Source of the DNA: Podarcis gaigeae
Lineage: Eukaryota
Direction: 5' to 3' (one strand)
Length of the DNA: 64,000 bases
NCBI GenBank assembly: GCA_964106915.2
Contig: OZ066917.1
The notes below the pieces were generated by a model. It saw only the letters and a program-made list of their open reading frames with translations. It did no database searches and had not been told where the DNA came from. Each line of letters begins with the position of its first letter. Positions within the stretch are counted from its first letter, which is position 1. A program made the position numbers and the translations under genes. Positions 40,983-54,254 of this stretch are shown piece after piece.

Positions 40983-43900
40983 TTATGTCAGGCAATTGGG
41001 TCGCATATAGCTGTGGAAAGGGAAGAAGGAATATGCTGGAGCATATCCATGACTGGTTGAGCTCTTCATTAGCCATGTACTAGGATCAGTGACGTAGCAT
41101 GGGTTGCCAGCACCCGGGGCTGCATGGAAGGGGTGGGTGGGAGGGAAACAAATGGAGTATTCATGCACATTTGACTGCCTAATGGCACCCACAACACCAA
41201 GGTGATTGCAGCCAAAGAAATAAGAAAAGAGTCATTCCGTTGTCCGGGGAGGTCACTTCCTAGTTTGCATGGAAAAGCTGTTTTCAACAGAAGCGCACAG
41301 CTGTATTGAGGAAGCACCGGGTGTTGAAATTTTGTGCCCCGAACAATTTTGCATCTGGGGCAACCATCCCTATCTCCCCCCCATGCCACACCACTGACTA
41401 GGATGACCAGATAGTTGTCTCCTTCTTCCAGCACTGTCAATAGTACCGTCAGGGCAGAACATTGAGGCAGAAGTCCAGGGCCCCACTCAATAAAAATGAG
41501 CAGTAGAGCTGGCGAACCACCTTTTTCAGTAAGTGAAGTGATAAACATTCCTTCTTAAAGAAATGCCCATTATGTCCAGAGGCTAAAATTACCCAACTGC
41601 ACCACTAAACCCTGTATGCCAAATATTATGAGCCTTTCCTACCAATTTACATGACTATAAAATAAATAAATCTCCCTGCCCGACTGTAGATATTGAAAGT
41701 TTCCTAGGCTACCCATACAAATGAGATTATATTCTATACTGGCCCACTCCCAGCTTTTCATTACTGAAGAGGGTTTTGGTCTTACTGTTTAAGAAAACAT
41801 GTTCCTTTTGCCAGTGTGCTAGAAACAGCTTTTCAATTCTCAGTTTCACTTTGGAAGCTAACCTTGTTGTTTGCAGTTTGGAGACCCGTTTCAAGTATGT
41901 CTTTTTTTCAATGAAATTTTGCACATCTCCAGACCAAAGGAGGCAATCTAGATTCTATTTTCTGCTTCACTGTGTATTACGGATTTTATATTAGCTGGGC
42001 AGGAGTCTCAGTTAAAGCAGACCAAGACCTCATTTCTTAAAGCTGAAGACAGACACAATATAAAAAGAGGAACCATGGCACATTTTTCAGCTGTGCTGCT
42101 GCAAATCTGATTTTGCCACTGCCCTGACAGACAAGCTTATTCAATGAATCTCTTTCTCCTTTTGTTACCAGTTCTCCATTAGTTTTTAGACATTCCCAAA
42201 GACATTTAATTGTACATATTTATTTTGTGTGTTCTGCAGAAAATCAATTCACATGCTCTCCATAGAATTTAGAAAGTTAATGCAAACTCTGATGGAACAT
42301 TTCTTTTTCATGCATTCAAGTTTCATTGGCAGTCTTGGGTACAAGTCAAACATTTCAAACTCTGATCACTTACAGACAACCTGTTTATTGAACACTGATA
42401 CTGATTTGTCTGCAGAAAGTTTGCAGGGAAGTTATACGGCATTGGTTGTTTATTGAACATTAATTATCATCTGTGTGCAGGGAGGTTTTATGATGTCACA
42501 TCAAGCAATTGTTATCCCACACCTTCCAGTGTATTTCCCCATCATTTTTTTTAACGCAAAATGATTTTAGTTTTGATGGAAGCACAGGAGCACAAAATCC
42601 ATGGTATCCTTACTTGGCAAAGTGATTTAGCTTCTTATGCCCTCTGTTGGGGGATGAGGTTGAGCTCTATAAAGCCTCCAGATAGGTCAGTTAGAAGAGC
42701 ATTTCAATAAATAATATTCGCCTCATCATTTGAGGTGATCACTCCAGCTTTTACTGTTAAATACAGTCGTTGACAAATTAGATAGTTCTTTTGATCCATT
42801 ATGACAATGTCAACTTTATGTTCTTAGAGCTGTTGAACGTTAGTGCAAATTGTACTTGTTCTAGTAACATCGCTATGCAAAGAAATACAAAGTCTGTCCC
42901 TCACCTGAGATATCTGCAAAAAAATAGTTATAAATAAGAGGTTAAGTTAATCAAGTAGCATAATTTTCACTGACATATAATGAGGAATAATTTGAAAGTC
43001 AAGGTAAGAATGTTAAAAAAACTTCTGGAATAAAATAATCTGTAAAAGCCGTTAGGAAAGGAAAAACAGAAAGACCCTATCACCATTATTACAGCTGTTT
43101 TGTTGGAAACCAAGTTAGATAAATTCTTAGTTAGCTCAGAGGCAGTGCTCCATTTTGGTGACTGCACTGTTGTATCTAAAGATATTTTCTAGTTCAGCAG
43201 TCTGGTTTTTTTTTTTTTTAAAGTAGCACAAAAGACGTCAACAAAATGAGCTGTGCAAATTAATTTTTGACTGCAAGGTACTGTAATTGCTAACAAAACC
43301 GTAGCGGTGATGGGGGAGGACTCCTATCACTTCTCATTTTATTAGTATGCAATCCCTGCACTTCTCATATGCACTGCTGTTGATGTTACCCCACTATCTC
43401 AGAAAATAATTAACAGCGAGTAATGTGTTCCATGGCACTTGGGCCAAAAAGGATCCCATTAGACTTGCTCGGATTTACTCCCATGTAACTGTGATGAGGA
43501 TTGGACCTGGGTTGCAACCCACGAATAATTCAGAGCCAATTCACACACATCACTTTCAGACTTATTTTTAGCTACATAGCCTTTCCTTCCTGCAGGGACT
43601 CACCATGGACATACTGATAGTTTGCGCTCATGCAGCCAAGCAGCACACAAGGATTAATGCAGACTGAAAGCTCACATTGGACATGTAAGCTCTTGCTTTA
43701 GATCTCTTTGAAACATCCGCATCACTATCAGTGTGATATTTTGCACGCTCTGTACCTGTGAAGCTTATGCTGCTTGTTATGTCAACTTTATTATAAAGTC
43801 TATACAAGGTGGTTGGACTGTTTAGCCCCGGAAAGTCTAGTAATTCTCAAGAGTGCAGAAATCAAACATCTCTGTACCAGAGCACACACGCCACCCAAAT

Positions 43901-44166
43901 ACTAGTAGTCCCTTGAGCCTTTATGTTTCCATATGTGCCTCCATAATATGGTTTCAAAGGCAAGCGTGGAGGACCAGTTGGAATGGTCCAAAGCCAGAGA
44001 GTTATAGAGCCTGTAGGAGTTCAGAATGCCAGGAAACTTACATGGGGTGTTAGAGATGATTTCTATAAACACCCTGTGTGGGGCTACCCTTCAGACAATT
44101 TCGAAGCTGCAGACAGTATAGGAAAGAGGAGCAAGAACATAGAAAACCTGTTTGAAGTAAATACAG

Positions 44167-44169
<3 letters not shown>

Positions 44170-44212
<43 letters not shown>
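44170..44212 (+). repeat. (AAT)n microsatellite
   Basis: About 14 units. Confidence 0.95.
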
Positions 44213-44214
<2 letters not shown>

Positions 44215-44422
44215 CTTAGTAATAATTTATCTGTGCAGTTTATGCAAGGTATATACTTCAAAATCATTTATGGACTGGGACCAATTTATCTTAGACACTA
44301 CCTCTCCCTGTATGATTATCTCCTTGCACTAGTGATGTTATCGGATCCAACTGCTGGTTTGTGTGTTAATTCTCCAAGCCTATGTGATCACCTCTATAGG
44401 TTATTCATGAAACCTTTCTAGA

Positions 44423-44425
<3 letters not shown>

Positions 44426-44458
<33 letters not shown>
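44426..44458 (+). repeat. (TG)n microsatellite
   Basis: About 16 units. Confidence 0.95.
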
Positions 44459-44460
<2 letters not shown>

Positions 44461-47400
44461 TTCTGAGTAGGTTTTAGATATGGGTTTGATTAATTCTTTT
44501 TGTTGCTGTTCTCTATTGCTGACCACCATGCTTTATGTTAACTGTGGCTTGGAGTTGTTTTGTGCTTTTTATGTGAACTGACTTCATATTAAGGAAAGTG
44601 GCGTATAAATGTTTTTGAATGAATGAACGAATAATGAAGACTAATTTCTGAGGTAATTGTCAGAGGGCTGTTATCTGCCAATGGCTTACAGGGTGAGATA
44701 AGCACTCTAGGTGTCCAGTCATTAATTTTTCAAAGACTGGCATAATCGATGCACACAAGGGGATGTTGCTGGTGAAGCAAAAATCGACAAATGCCTCCCC
44801 TCGAGCACCTTACAATAATCTAGAACAAATGGCCAGAGAATGTGGCAGAATGTCAATGCTTTTAATTTCCAATGGCTTTTTGGGTTCATCCCCACGGCAG
44901 TATTACATGGTATGTCAGGATAGCTTAACTTTTGTGAGATGGAAAGAAAGCTGAAGATGGCATGGCAGAGGTGGGAATTCTCTCTGAGGATCTCAGCTAT
45001 ATATCCAGCTTTCAAAGTACATGGTAACATTTGGTCCTACTAATGAGCCCTTCTCTTCTCTTCTGGGGGTAAAAACATTAACTGGGTATCTCTACTCTGC
45101 TACGGACTTTTCAGGGGTGTCTAGTTGGTCTTTGTTGTAGGCAGAATGCCTGATGCAATGGATCATTGTCTGATCCAACACAGGTAGTTCTTAAGCTTTC
45201 CCCCTTTAAACTGCAGAATACCTGAGGGGTTGTGAGGCTGTGCTGGACCAATGGTATGATTTACAAGTGTCGTCATGTCACCTCCCTATTGAATCTCACA
45301 ACCTCCTTTTGGAATTTGATGCATGTGTGTAAATATAGATAAGGGGGTCTTCTCAGAAATCCAAGAGGATTTTCAAGGGTAATTATTATTTCAAATAATT
45401 CTAACATTGGAGCGGGTAGGATGAAATCCATATATAAAAATGGAGAACTGAAGTCACCTTTTTAATTGCAGATGCAAATTAGTTTTTATTAATCATATCT
45501 AACGCTTTCTCCTGATTAGCGTAGCGGTGACTGATGAACTCATAAAGTTCCTTTAAATTACATATATAAATACGCACACAGATTATTGCACATATATGCA
45601 TAACGATTACTATATTTAGATAGGCATTTTGTCCTAGGAACAACATTTTGCTGCAGAGCTGAATCTGCCCTATAACCAAGTGGAAGTGCACAAATCAAGA
45701 GGGGAAAAGAAACCATATAGTATTTGGTGATGAAAATTACCTTTCAGTGACTAATTGTGCTAATCAATCTCCCCATGTAAATGATAGTTGATAATTATAG
45801 ACCCCTGTTAACATAACTGAGTATGGGGAAGGAGAATAAACATAATAAGCGCTCTGAAAAGAAGCTGTCTTTGGTAAACACTGCAGAGTTTACTTTGCTT
45901 CTGTGTCAGAAACTTGACAACGTTCAAGCATTGCCTTTAGCCTCTCAAAAGCCTGTTCCTTATGCTGAAAGAGTTTCTCAGAAAAGAAAAGTCTTCAGTG
46001 TAGTATTTGCAAATTTATAAATGATTGACAACGATACACGGTGTAAGCATTCTGCCATACCTTGCTCAGGAGAGCTAACAATATCTAATACAATACTTAA
46101 AACTATCAGACAACAAACCTAAATCATGTCTCGCATTCCTGTCTATGAAATCCTTGGAAGATACATTAACCATGCCAAACTGTCCTCTAAGCTATGACTG
46201 CTAGGTAGTGATTGGGGAGGGTGGGATAGAAGGTCACTGCCACAGCCAACATTACATTGGGAAGAGTTGGCCATCCCAAGAAAGGAAGCTGAGTGAATTC
46301 TTGATATGGTGGGAGACTCACCATTAGTTGGGATCCTATCCTCAGACAGAGGTCATTAATTCTGCAAAAACATGGTAGGCATTAAAATATGGTCATCAAA
46401 GGCCAAACAGAGACCCAGAGAAGCCCCTCATCTCTTCCTCTTTTTTATCCACCTCCTCAGTGACAACAGAAGACAGTAAAACTGGCCCCTGGCACAAGGC
46501 ACAATGCATAAATCATCGGCAGATTTGACACATGGGACATATGGGCAACCAATGATGGGATATGTGGAGAAGCAGGCATGGCCTAAGAATCAAGCAAAAC
46601 ATAAATTTTGCCAAATTATAATCTACTGAGGCTAAGGAATATCACAACATCATTGCTAAAACAAGAATATGTTGGGAGTGACTATCGCCTCTTTAAAATG
46701 CTTCTTTCTGTTCCCAACTCTAAATTCCCTAAAGATAATTTTCTCTGGTTCCATAACTCTCTTCATTGTCCTTCTCCTTGGCTGCCTCAACTGCACAGTG
46801 ACAAATTCCTCTCAACACCCTACATATGTAAGCCATGGTAGCAGAGCTGTCCTCCCTCGCTGATGCTAATGCAGCTCCTTAATTCTTTTGTTAACCCTTT
46901 GAAAAGTGGCATGTCAAGATTTACAATCTCCTGTCCCTGCCGGGTTCAGGAAAAAAAAGAGCCATCCAGATGGTGTAACAGAACCCAGCAGCTGCCCATC
47001 TCCTCCTCTGCCAAATGCAGGAATTCTGCTAAAGGCACCCAGCGCTCAACACAAGAATGTTCACAAGCCATTAGCAATGGTGCATCAAAAAGGATAATGA
47101 ACAAAAGGGAGAAACGGGGACTCCACACTCGGCATCCCCTGGGCTTGTCGACAGTAGCATATGCGAGAGAAATCGGTGTCACATTTTGCATAATGAGTGC
47201 TTCTTGACAGGCCACTGTATTCAAAGAGACAAGATGGCTTTGCAGTGGAACGGCAGAGATCAGGAATAAGGAGCCAAATCAGCAACAATAAGGCCTGGCA
47301 CTGGAACTTATAAGCCATAAGCTTCAGGCTATGTTTGCTGCTAGTTTAATAAAAAGCAACAAGAATCAGCCTTATTCACTGCATGGAGAGTTAATTTCGC

Positions 47401-47656
47401 TGTAGGGATGGGCAAATTTGTCATTTTCATTTTCTTCAAGCTTCTCATTTTCCAATCTTAAGTTCATTTCTCAATATCTCCCCATCAGTTAATGATTCTT
47501 TAAAAGAGAAATCCTCACAAAAATTCATTGGTGTCTTAGTGTGAATTTCTCCCACTATACACATTTTGGCAAACTAATTTACCCAAATATAATACATTTT
47601 TGTATGTTATTTTCATGAATATAACATGCTTTGACTGGATGGCTAAACCACATGCA

Positions 47657-47785
47657 GTAAAGGTAAAGGACCCCTGGACGGTTAAGTCCAGTCAAAGGTG
47701 ACTATGGGGTTGTGGCACTCATCTCACTTTCAGGCCGGGGGAGCCAGCATTTGTCCACAGGCAATTTTCTGGGTCATGTGGCCAG
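47657..47785 (-). mobile_element. Sauria SINE 3' portion (older subfamily)
   Basis: GTAAAGGTAAAGGACCCCTGGACGGTTAAGTCCAGTC...GGGTCATGTGGCCAG is the reverse of the 3' part of the copy at 50573-50902. Confidence 0.85.
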
Positions 47786-48248
47786 GGTAGCCAATAGTTA
47801 TCAAACCCTTGGTGAGATGGGGACTTCCTCTGCAATGCGAAGACAGTTTCTGGGAGATTGAGCAGACGAGACCAATAGCAGGCCTAGCAGTCAAGAAGGT
47901 AATTTTGTATGTGCTGTAGAGGAAAGTGAGGATCAGATGGGGCCCATCAAGCAGAAGGAAAGCAAATATTGAGCAGAATCCCTAAGATGGTTGGATGGTG
48001 CCTTGTACGCCTCCTTTTGGCAACTCCTGCAGCCAAGCTGGTGCCAAATGTATTGCTCTACTTTACTTTGGACCACATTAGTGAGGTCAATAAGGGGGTC
48101 ACGTCGTCTTGGGAGCCCAGGACCTCCACAAACACTGCCCAGACTTGCCTCCTGGAGAGGTCACGTCAGTGCTGCTAACACAGCAGGTTTGACTTCTCCC
48201 CTAGAAGCACACTCCATTGTCTCTCAAAACAGATGGGTGCCAACAACA
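47786..48248 (+). mobile_element. Non-autonomous RTE-clade-derived retroposon (bipartite 5' UTR plus 3' end)
   Basis: The interior GGCAACTCCTGCAGCCAAGCTGGTGCCAAA and the end GCACACTCCATTGTCTCTC..AACAGATGGGTGCCAACAACA resemble recalled RTE 5' UTR and 3' terminal motifs with a (CAA)n tail. No RT coding sequence. Confidence 0.5.
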
Positions 48249-48860
48249 TTATCCTAGTATATGGTGATGGTCGTGTTTTTGTCCTCTTTACTTGGCTGGA
48301 GGAAAGCATTTCAAAATTCAAAGAAGAGTTTTGAAGTATGGTTCTGCTTTTGTTCATGTATTGTTACAGAAAATGTGAATTGGGTTGGTTTGCTTTTAAA
48401 AGCAGACCTATCTAATTCCTAGCCCCTCTTTCCTAAACTCAGGAGAGCTGCAAGAGGTAAGTAAGGAAACTGCCAAAACTACCCACAGAGATTAGGGAGG
48501 GCATGGGGTCATTTATGGTAAAATTATTACTGATTGTTACCCATCAAATTAGATTTCTGCTGAACAATTTAGCCTAGTCGACGTTCTAGAAATATGATGC
48601 CAATTGTTTACATAGAGGCTGTCTGCTTGCATGTTGTATATGCAGTGGAGGTGTGCACTGGACTCCATGAAATATTTTGAGTCTTGTAACTTACTCCTTT
48701 GTACCTTCTATAAATGTGTAATGTTGCAGTTCTATGAGCAAATTCAGTGGTGATTGGTGGCTGGAAATTTATAAGTGATTCTCAGATATAATAAACCAGG
48801 AAGAACTGGAAGAATTACTGTGTTACAGCTCTTCCTGGATATAAAGCATAGTATCCAACA

Positions 48861-49011
48861 AAACAGTTCCACTAGTGCAAGCACTTTTGGCTGCCCAATG
48901 GCAATTCCTCTTCCTCTCCTTGCCCCCCCCTAAAAAAACATATTTAGGGGGCACATGAGGAGAAGAAGTTCTGCTGCACAGCCAAAAGTGTTTGTTCTAG
49001 TGGAACTGTTT
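48861..49011. repeat. Inverted repeat / palindromic MITE
   Basis: AAACAGTTCCACTAGTGCAAGCACTTTTGGCTG (48861-48893) pairs with CAGCCAAAAGTGTTTGTTCTAGTGGAACTGTTT (48979-49011). Confidence 0.8.
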
Positions 49012-49012
49012 C

Positions 49013-49776
49013 CGTGTTCGGACCCAGAGACCGCCCCCCTAAATAAATTCACACTTGACTCTAATTTTACTTTTGGTTTTTGGCAGAATTTAGGCCACAA
49101 CTTTATTGATTACAGCAAGTGAGTGGTTGCATAGGCTCTAGTTGGACTAGCTCCCTGCACCCTTGCAGGCAGCGCTGACCCAGGGCACCAGCATAGGTCT
49201 GCCAAGGGTGAACACCTGGGTAGGCAAAAAGCCGGGAACAGACTATGTCCACCACCCAGATGCCCCCCTGGACTCGGGCACGGGCACAACCCCCTCTTGG
49301 GGGTTGACCAAACCAGCTGAGTCCCTGGATTCCTTTAACGGAATACCCTTCACATAGGGATTGTGAGACCATTCTCCCATCCCTATCACCTGAACCAGAG
49401 CCTATCCACAACCTTACAAGTTGTGAAGATTTACTAAGCGGCAGGCAAAACCCAAATGGCAACAGCCAATCAGCCAAGTGGGGAAATTCCTGCCATGCCC
49501 CTGTCCCAACGACAGGTGACACATGACGGCATAGCAAGGTCAATCGCAAAATGCCCTAAAGGTAGGGAGAGGTGGACGGGTGTTCCAAATACACACACCG
49601 AAAGAGGAAGCTCTGGGTCACGTGCATGGGCGTAAATAGGTCCCTCGATCCATTTAGACTGTGCTCCATTGCCCAGATTGAAGTCAACATTGAGGGACCT
49701 ACCAATTGGGTGTTTTTGGCTGACCAATTCAACCCACCACAACACAGGAGGTCAGTCTCCAGGTCTCACTGCAACA
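49013..49776 (-). mobile_element. DIRS/Ngaro-like non-coding terminal-repeat unit, copy A
   Basis: GC/CpG-enriched insert with minus-strand AATAAAGTTGTGGCC, CCGTTAAAGG and CACCCGTCCACCTCTCCCT motifs, colinear with copy B. Confidence 0.55.
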
Positions 49777-50572
49777 CGTGCCCTCTTTTAGGGAGGACAC
49801 GATTTAGTTGGATACCACCTGATGTCTTTAGAAGGAATAAGGCAGTAGCAGACTGAGGGGGGCATTGATTTATATTTCTAAGGAGACAAGGAAAAAGCAA
49901 GGAATAAACTGCTCCATAGTATCATGGTGGGTGGAAATATCAGGGCCCAAAAGTGCATTTGTACTGGAGACATCCAAGCTGCTCAGCTCATTCTGCAGTA
50001 TCTGCGCTCTTCCCCTTCTTTCCAAACACTGTGCCAAATCAAAGGCACCTGGAAGGACATGTATGTCTTAAATATAGCACAGGCTAATATTCCTCCCCTT
50101 GCTTCCTTCAGATGGGGTTTGAGAGCCTCATCTTTCTGGCATGAACTGTGTGTAAGCTTCCCATTGGTTCCCCGCCCCCATCGCATTAGATGTAGGTACA
50201 TTTACAAAATGTTATAAAAAGATCACACTATGTGGTTTTCTCTGCCCCCTGATGATTGTGGGATTTTTCCAAGTCAAGGAAAAGGACTTTGTGCCTTCCT
50301 ACCTCATTATAAAAGAGAAATATTGTCCGTTTAGGGTCATTTAACTGGTTGTTTTCTTTATTAGGTTACATTATTGTCATGGATAGCAATTGTGTAGGTG
50401 GCTTTGAGTTTTTCACTTGTGCAGCATAATGCTTTCTAAACTGAAATACATATATTAATGTACTCAGTATAATTTTGGTTGTTCCACTTTATACTCTTTT
50501 ATAAAAGTGATTTTTAAGGGGGATTGCTTTCATTATATTATACTCTGTTTGTAATATTGTGTGTGTGTGTGT

Positions 50573-50902
50573 ATCGGATGGTCAGCGGTTCAAATCCCCA
50601 CAACAGAGTGAGCTCCCGTTGCTCTGTCCCAGATCCTGACAACCTAGCAGTTTGAAAGCACGCCAATGCAAGTAGTTAAATAGATTTTGCTGTGGCAGGA
50701 AGGTAAACTGTGTTTCCGTGCGCTCTGGTTTCTGTCACAGTGTTCTGTTACATCAGAAGCGGTTTAGTCATGCTGGCCACATGACCTGGAAAGGTGCCTG
50801 TAGACAAACACCGGCTCCCTCACCCTGACAGCAAGATCCGCAACCCCATAGTCACCTTTGACTGGACTTAACTATCCAGGGGTCCTTTACCTTTTTACCT
50901 TA
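50573..50902 (+). mobile_element. Sauria SINE, 5'-clipped, older subfamily
   Basis: GGTCAGCGGTTCAAATCCCC (B box)...AACCTAGCAGTTTGAAAGCA...CCAGGGGTCCTTTACCTTTTTACC. Confidence 0.9.
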
Positions 50903-53096
50903 TGCATATATATATATATATATATATTTGTATAGTGCCCTCAATATATGTACTTCTGTATACCTAAAAACTTTCTATTTTTTCTTGACTTAAGTTGCAG
51001 GGCCAGGTCTGCTCCATTTGGTACACTACACAACCACAGGGAAGAGTGTCCAGCCCACAGACCTAATTATGTCCAACAGGTATCCTCCATTGACCCTTGA
51101 GGTTTTCCCAAAGCCATGCCCACCTGACATCATAACCCCATCCTTACCAAAGCAGGGTTTGCTTTCAGCAGGGGTCTTCCTTTGCACACTGACTTGAGTT
51201 CTTAGCTGGAGACAACCTCAAGTATGGAAGCACCTCCTGTGTCTCATGTCTCTAAAGGGTAGAGGGTAAATCCCCCTTCTCTTGTATAAGATAGTTTGGA
51301 AGATGCAATTCTACTAATTTTGGCAACCAAGTTTTATTAAAACCAGGCTGCACTGGTCTTGCTAATATTTATTGGTGCATGTCAGATGGCATTGATAGCA
51401 ATGTGTGCTGAAATCCTATGTGCACATACCTGGGAATAAGTTCTATTGAGCTCAATGGGGGTTCCTTCAGAGTAGACATGTATAGATGGGATTGTACTGT
51501 ACATGTTTAATTATCCACACATAAAAAAGAACATTACTTTCTCCATAACTGGAGAAAGGCAACATCTCTGAATCTCTGTACAATCAGCCAACCAGCACAC
51601 AGCTAATGAGGTGAGATGTGCTGCATTGTGAAGGTTTTCTGTGCCTTTATTACTTCAGGTTAAACATTCTGGATTAAAAACCTTGTACGGTAGTATGTTA
51701 ACAGAAAGCATGTGGAGCAAGGAAGGGATTTAATGCATTCTTTAACTGGCTGAAATGTTTTCTGAGGGCTGTTTATTACATATCTGAAAGTGATTAAGCA
51801 AGGTGCATTTTCACAATGCTGTGGATCATTGAGACTGTTCCTGCGGCTGATTTGATAATTCCCACTGTAATAGCAGAAGAAAGCATACAACACCTTTTCT
51901 TAACTGTTATGGGCAGTGATTAGGAACATAATCCACACCAGCATTTTCATGACTGAACATGATTAAAACCCAATTTCTTACCTTGGTTGTAAAAGCTTCA
52001 ACATACAGGCTTGGAAGGTGTACACCTTTACGTTATGTGCCCTATTTTAATGCCAGTCATAAATTGCAAATATACACAGTATAGGACACACCCACACCAC
52101 TTTTTGGCTGTACCTTATTTTAACACTGAATATTAAAAACTAAAAAAATGCTTACTAATATAGACAGCAATTTTCCAGCTTGTGTTTTGACCCTTCATGA
52201 AAGATTAGGCCCAGGTCTTTGTCTTAAACATTATCCATGCAGTGAAGCTATAATAGCTAAAGTCTTGGAGAACAGAGGGATATAAAACTGGTGGTTTTCT
52301 TCTTTGGCTGTCTGGTGAAGCTGAGAATAACAGAGCAGCAGGGAAAACATTTTCAGCAGGGTAGCTGATATTATCCTATGCAGATATGAAGGACATAATC
52401 TAAATTCCTTTTCCTGTATTATATTAGAGCCAGACAACCTATGTGGGACAGGAGGGAACAGCCATTTAAAAAATGACAAATGATGTTTGTCGCTCCCACA
52501 AAGGGGACAGAGGACAGACTGTGATTCGGTCTTTTTAAGAAAATGGGCAAAACTCCAGACTTTAGATCTTGAAACTTAACATTTTTACATGGTTGCTTAA
52601 CAGGGTAAAGGGCACTACAATAATTTCCTGTAATTTTCTACAAGTCGCCTAAAGTATTGCTTAATCCTATGGAGAGTGAAAGTCAATATTATTTATTTCT
52701 CAATTACTTGCTTAGGGCAACTGAGTAAGAGCAAAAGTGCAATTGTTACCAAGGTTGTCCAGCTCCATGGGTTTATTGGACCACCTCATCTGGTCATAGG
52801 GCACAAATGAAGTTCAGAAACAATGATGTCTAGTCCATAGTTCACAGCAGGTTCACAGGCTGCTTTATAAAATGACCACAGCAAGGCAGAACAGCAATAT
52901 GCTGTATTGGAGATCATGTAGCTTAAGCTTATTCTGTTATTAAAGTATTGTTGAGGGTGGCACTCAGTAAACAGACCTTTTGACACACAGAAATGGTCAC
53001 ATTATGTCTGTGCCAGAACACCTGCTATATTTTGCATATATTAAAGGCATAAGGGCAGCACAAGAAAGTAGTAGCTACAGACTAATATCAGTTTAC

Positions 53097-53345
53097 TAAG
53101 GACATCAGAAAAGACCTGCTGTATCAGGCCAATGACCCATCTAGTCTAGTATGTTGTTCTCAAAGCAGTGAACCAGATGCCTATAGGAAGCCTGAAAGCA
53201 GGACCTGAGCACACTTGTGACTCCCAGAAATCAATGTACAAAGGCATCCTGCCTCAGTAAAACATAGTCATTGTGGATAGCAGTAATTGATACCCTTATC
53301 CTCCATTAATTTATCTAATCCTCTTTCAATGACATCCAAATTGTT
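53097..53345 (-). mobile_element. CR1 3' end (decayed)
   Basis: CCTGCTG.ATCAGGCCAATGACCCATCTAGTC...TCCTCCATTAATTTATCTAATCCTCTTT. Confidence 0.75.
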
Positions 53346-53905
53346 CTGTCTTAAAACTCAGTGACATGAAAATTCTGATATTTTAAATGAATTCAGATTG
53401 TCTGTTTTTATGGAGTTATCATTGTTTTGGGCTCTTTTTTAAAAATTCTGATGTACAGATGAGTGGAGCTCTTTGGGGTATTGTCTGTTCTTATGTAGTT
53501 CGCCTTTCAGGGGACAAAACTTAACTATTCACTTGATGTATAGCATGCAACTGCACTTCCAGTTTTTTCTTCGAGAATTGCTGGTACACTGGGGGTGGAC
53601 CTTACAGGAAAAGTAGTGTTCTTCAGCATCCTGGGAGCCAAAATCCTTCACCCTTGTCCAGCCAGAATGAATACTTAAAAGTTCCTTCCTATTGGTGTAA
53701 ATAGAAAGCTTCCCACAAAACATCCTATCATCATAACAGAACAGAATATTCCTTATTCTGCCTTCAGACAGACGAAGAGTACCTCTGTCTTATCTAGATT
53801 AAGTTTCCATTTGTTCATCTTCATCCAGTCCATTACTGATGACAGACACCAGTTTAGAACTGAGACAGTTTCCTTGGATTTAGGTAGAAGGGAGAAAAAG
53901 AGCAT

Positions 53906-54254
53906 TTGTTGTTTAGTCATTTAGTCATGTCCGACTCTTCGTGACCCCATGGACCAGAGAACGCCATTCATTCCTGTCTTCCACTGCCCCCCTCAGTTTG
54001 GTCAAACTCATGTTAGCAGCTTCGAGAACACTGTCCAGCTATCTCATCCTCTTTTCCTTGGGCCCTATCTTTCCCAACATCAGGGTCTTTTCCAGGGAGT
54101 CTTCTCTTCTCATGAGGTGGCCAAAGTTTGGAGCCTCATCTTCAGGATCTGTCCTTCCAGTGAGCACTCAGGGCTGATTTCCTGCAGAATGGATACGTTT
54201 GATATTCTTGCAGTCCATGGGACTCGTTAAGAGTTTCCTCCAGCACCATAATTC
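53906..54254 (-). mobile_element. BovB (RTE) LINE, 5'-truncated 3' end
   Basis: GTCATGTCCGACTCTTCGTGACCCCATGGAC...CAACATCAGGGTCTTTTCCAGGGAGTC..CTCTTCTCATGAGGTGGCCAAAGT...CTTGCAGTCCATGGGACTC...CTCCAGCACCA, with a (CAA)n-like tail. Confidence 0.9.

Noticed and set aside
45525-45560. CTGATGA as a hammerhead ribozyme core or C/D snoRNA box (also ~30627, ~36267, ~50249)
   Set aside because: I could not find a correctly placed GAAA with helices I-III or a terminal stem with a partner box. A 7-mer is expected by chance at this frequency.
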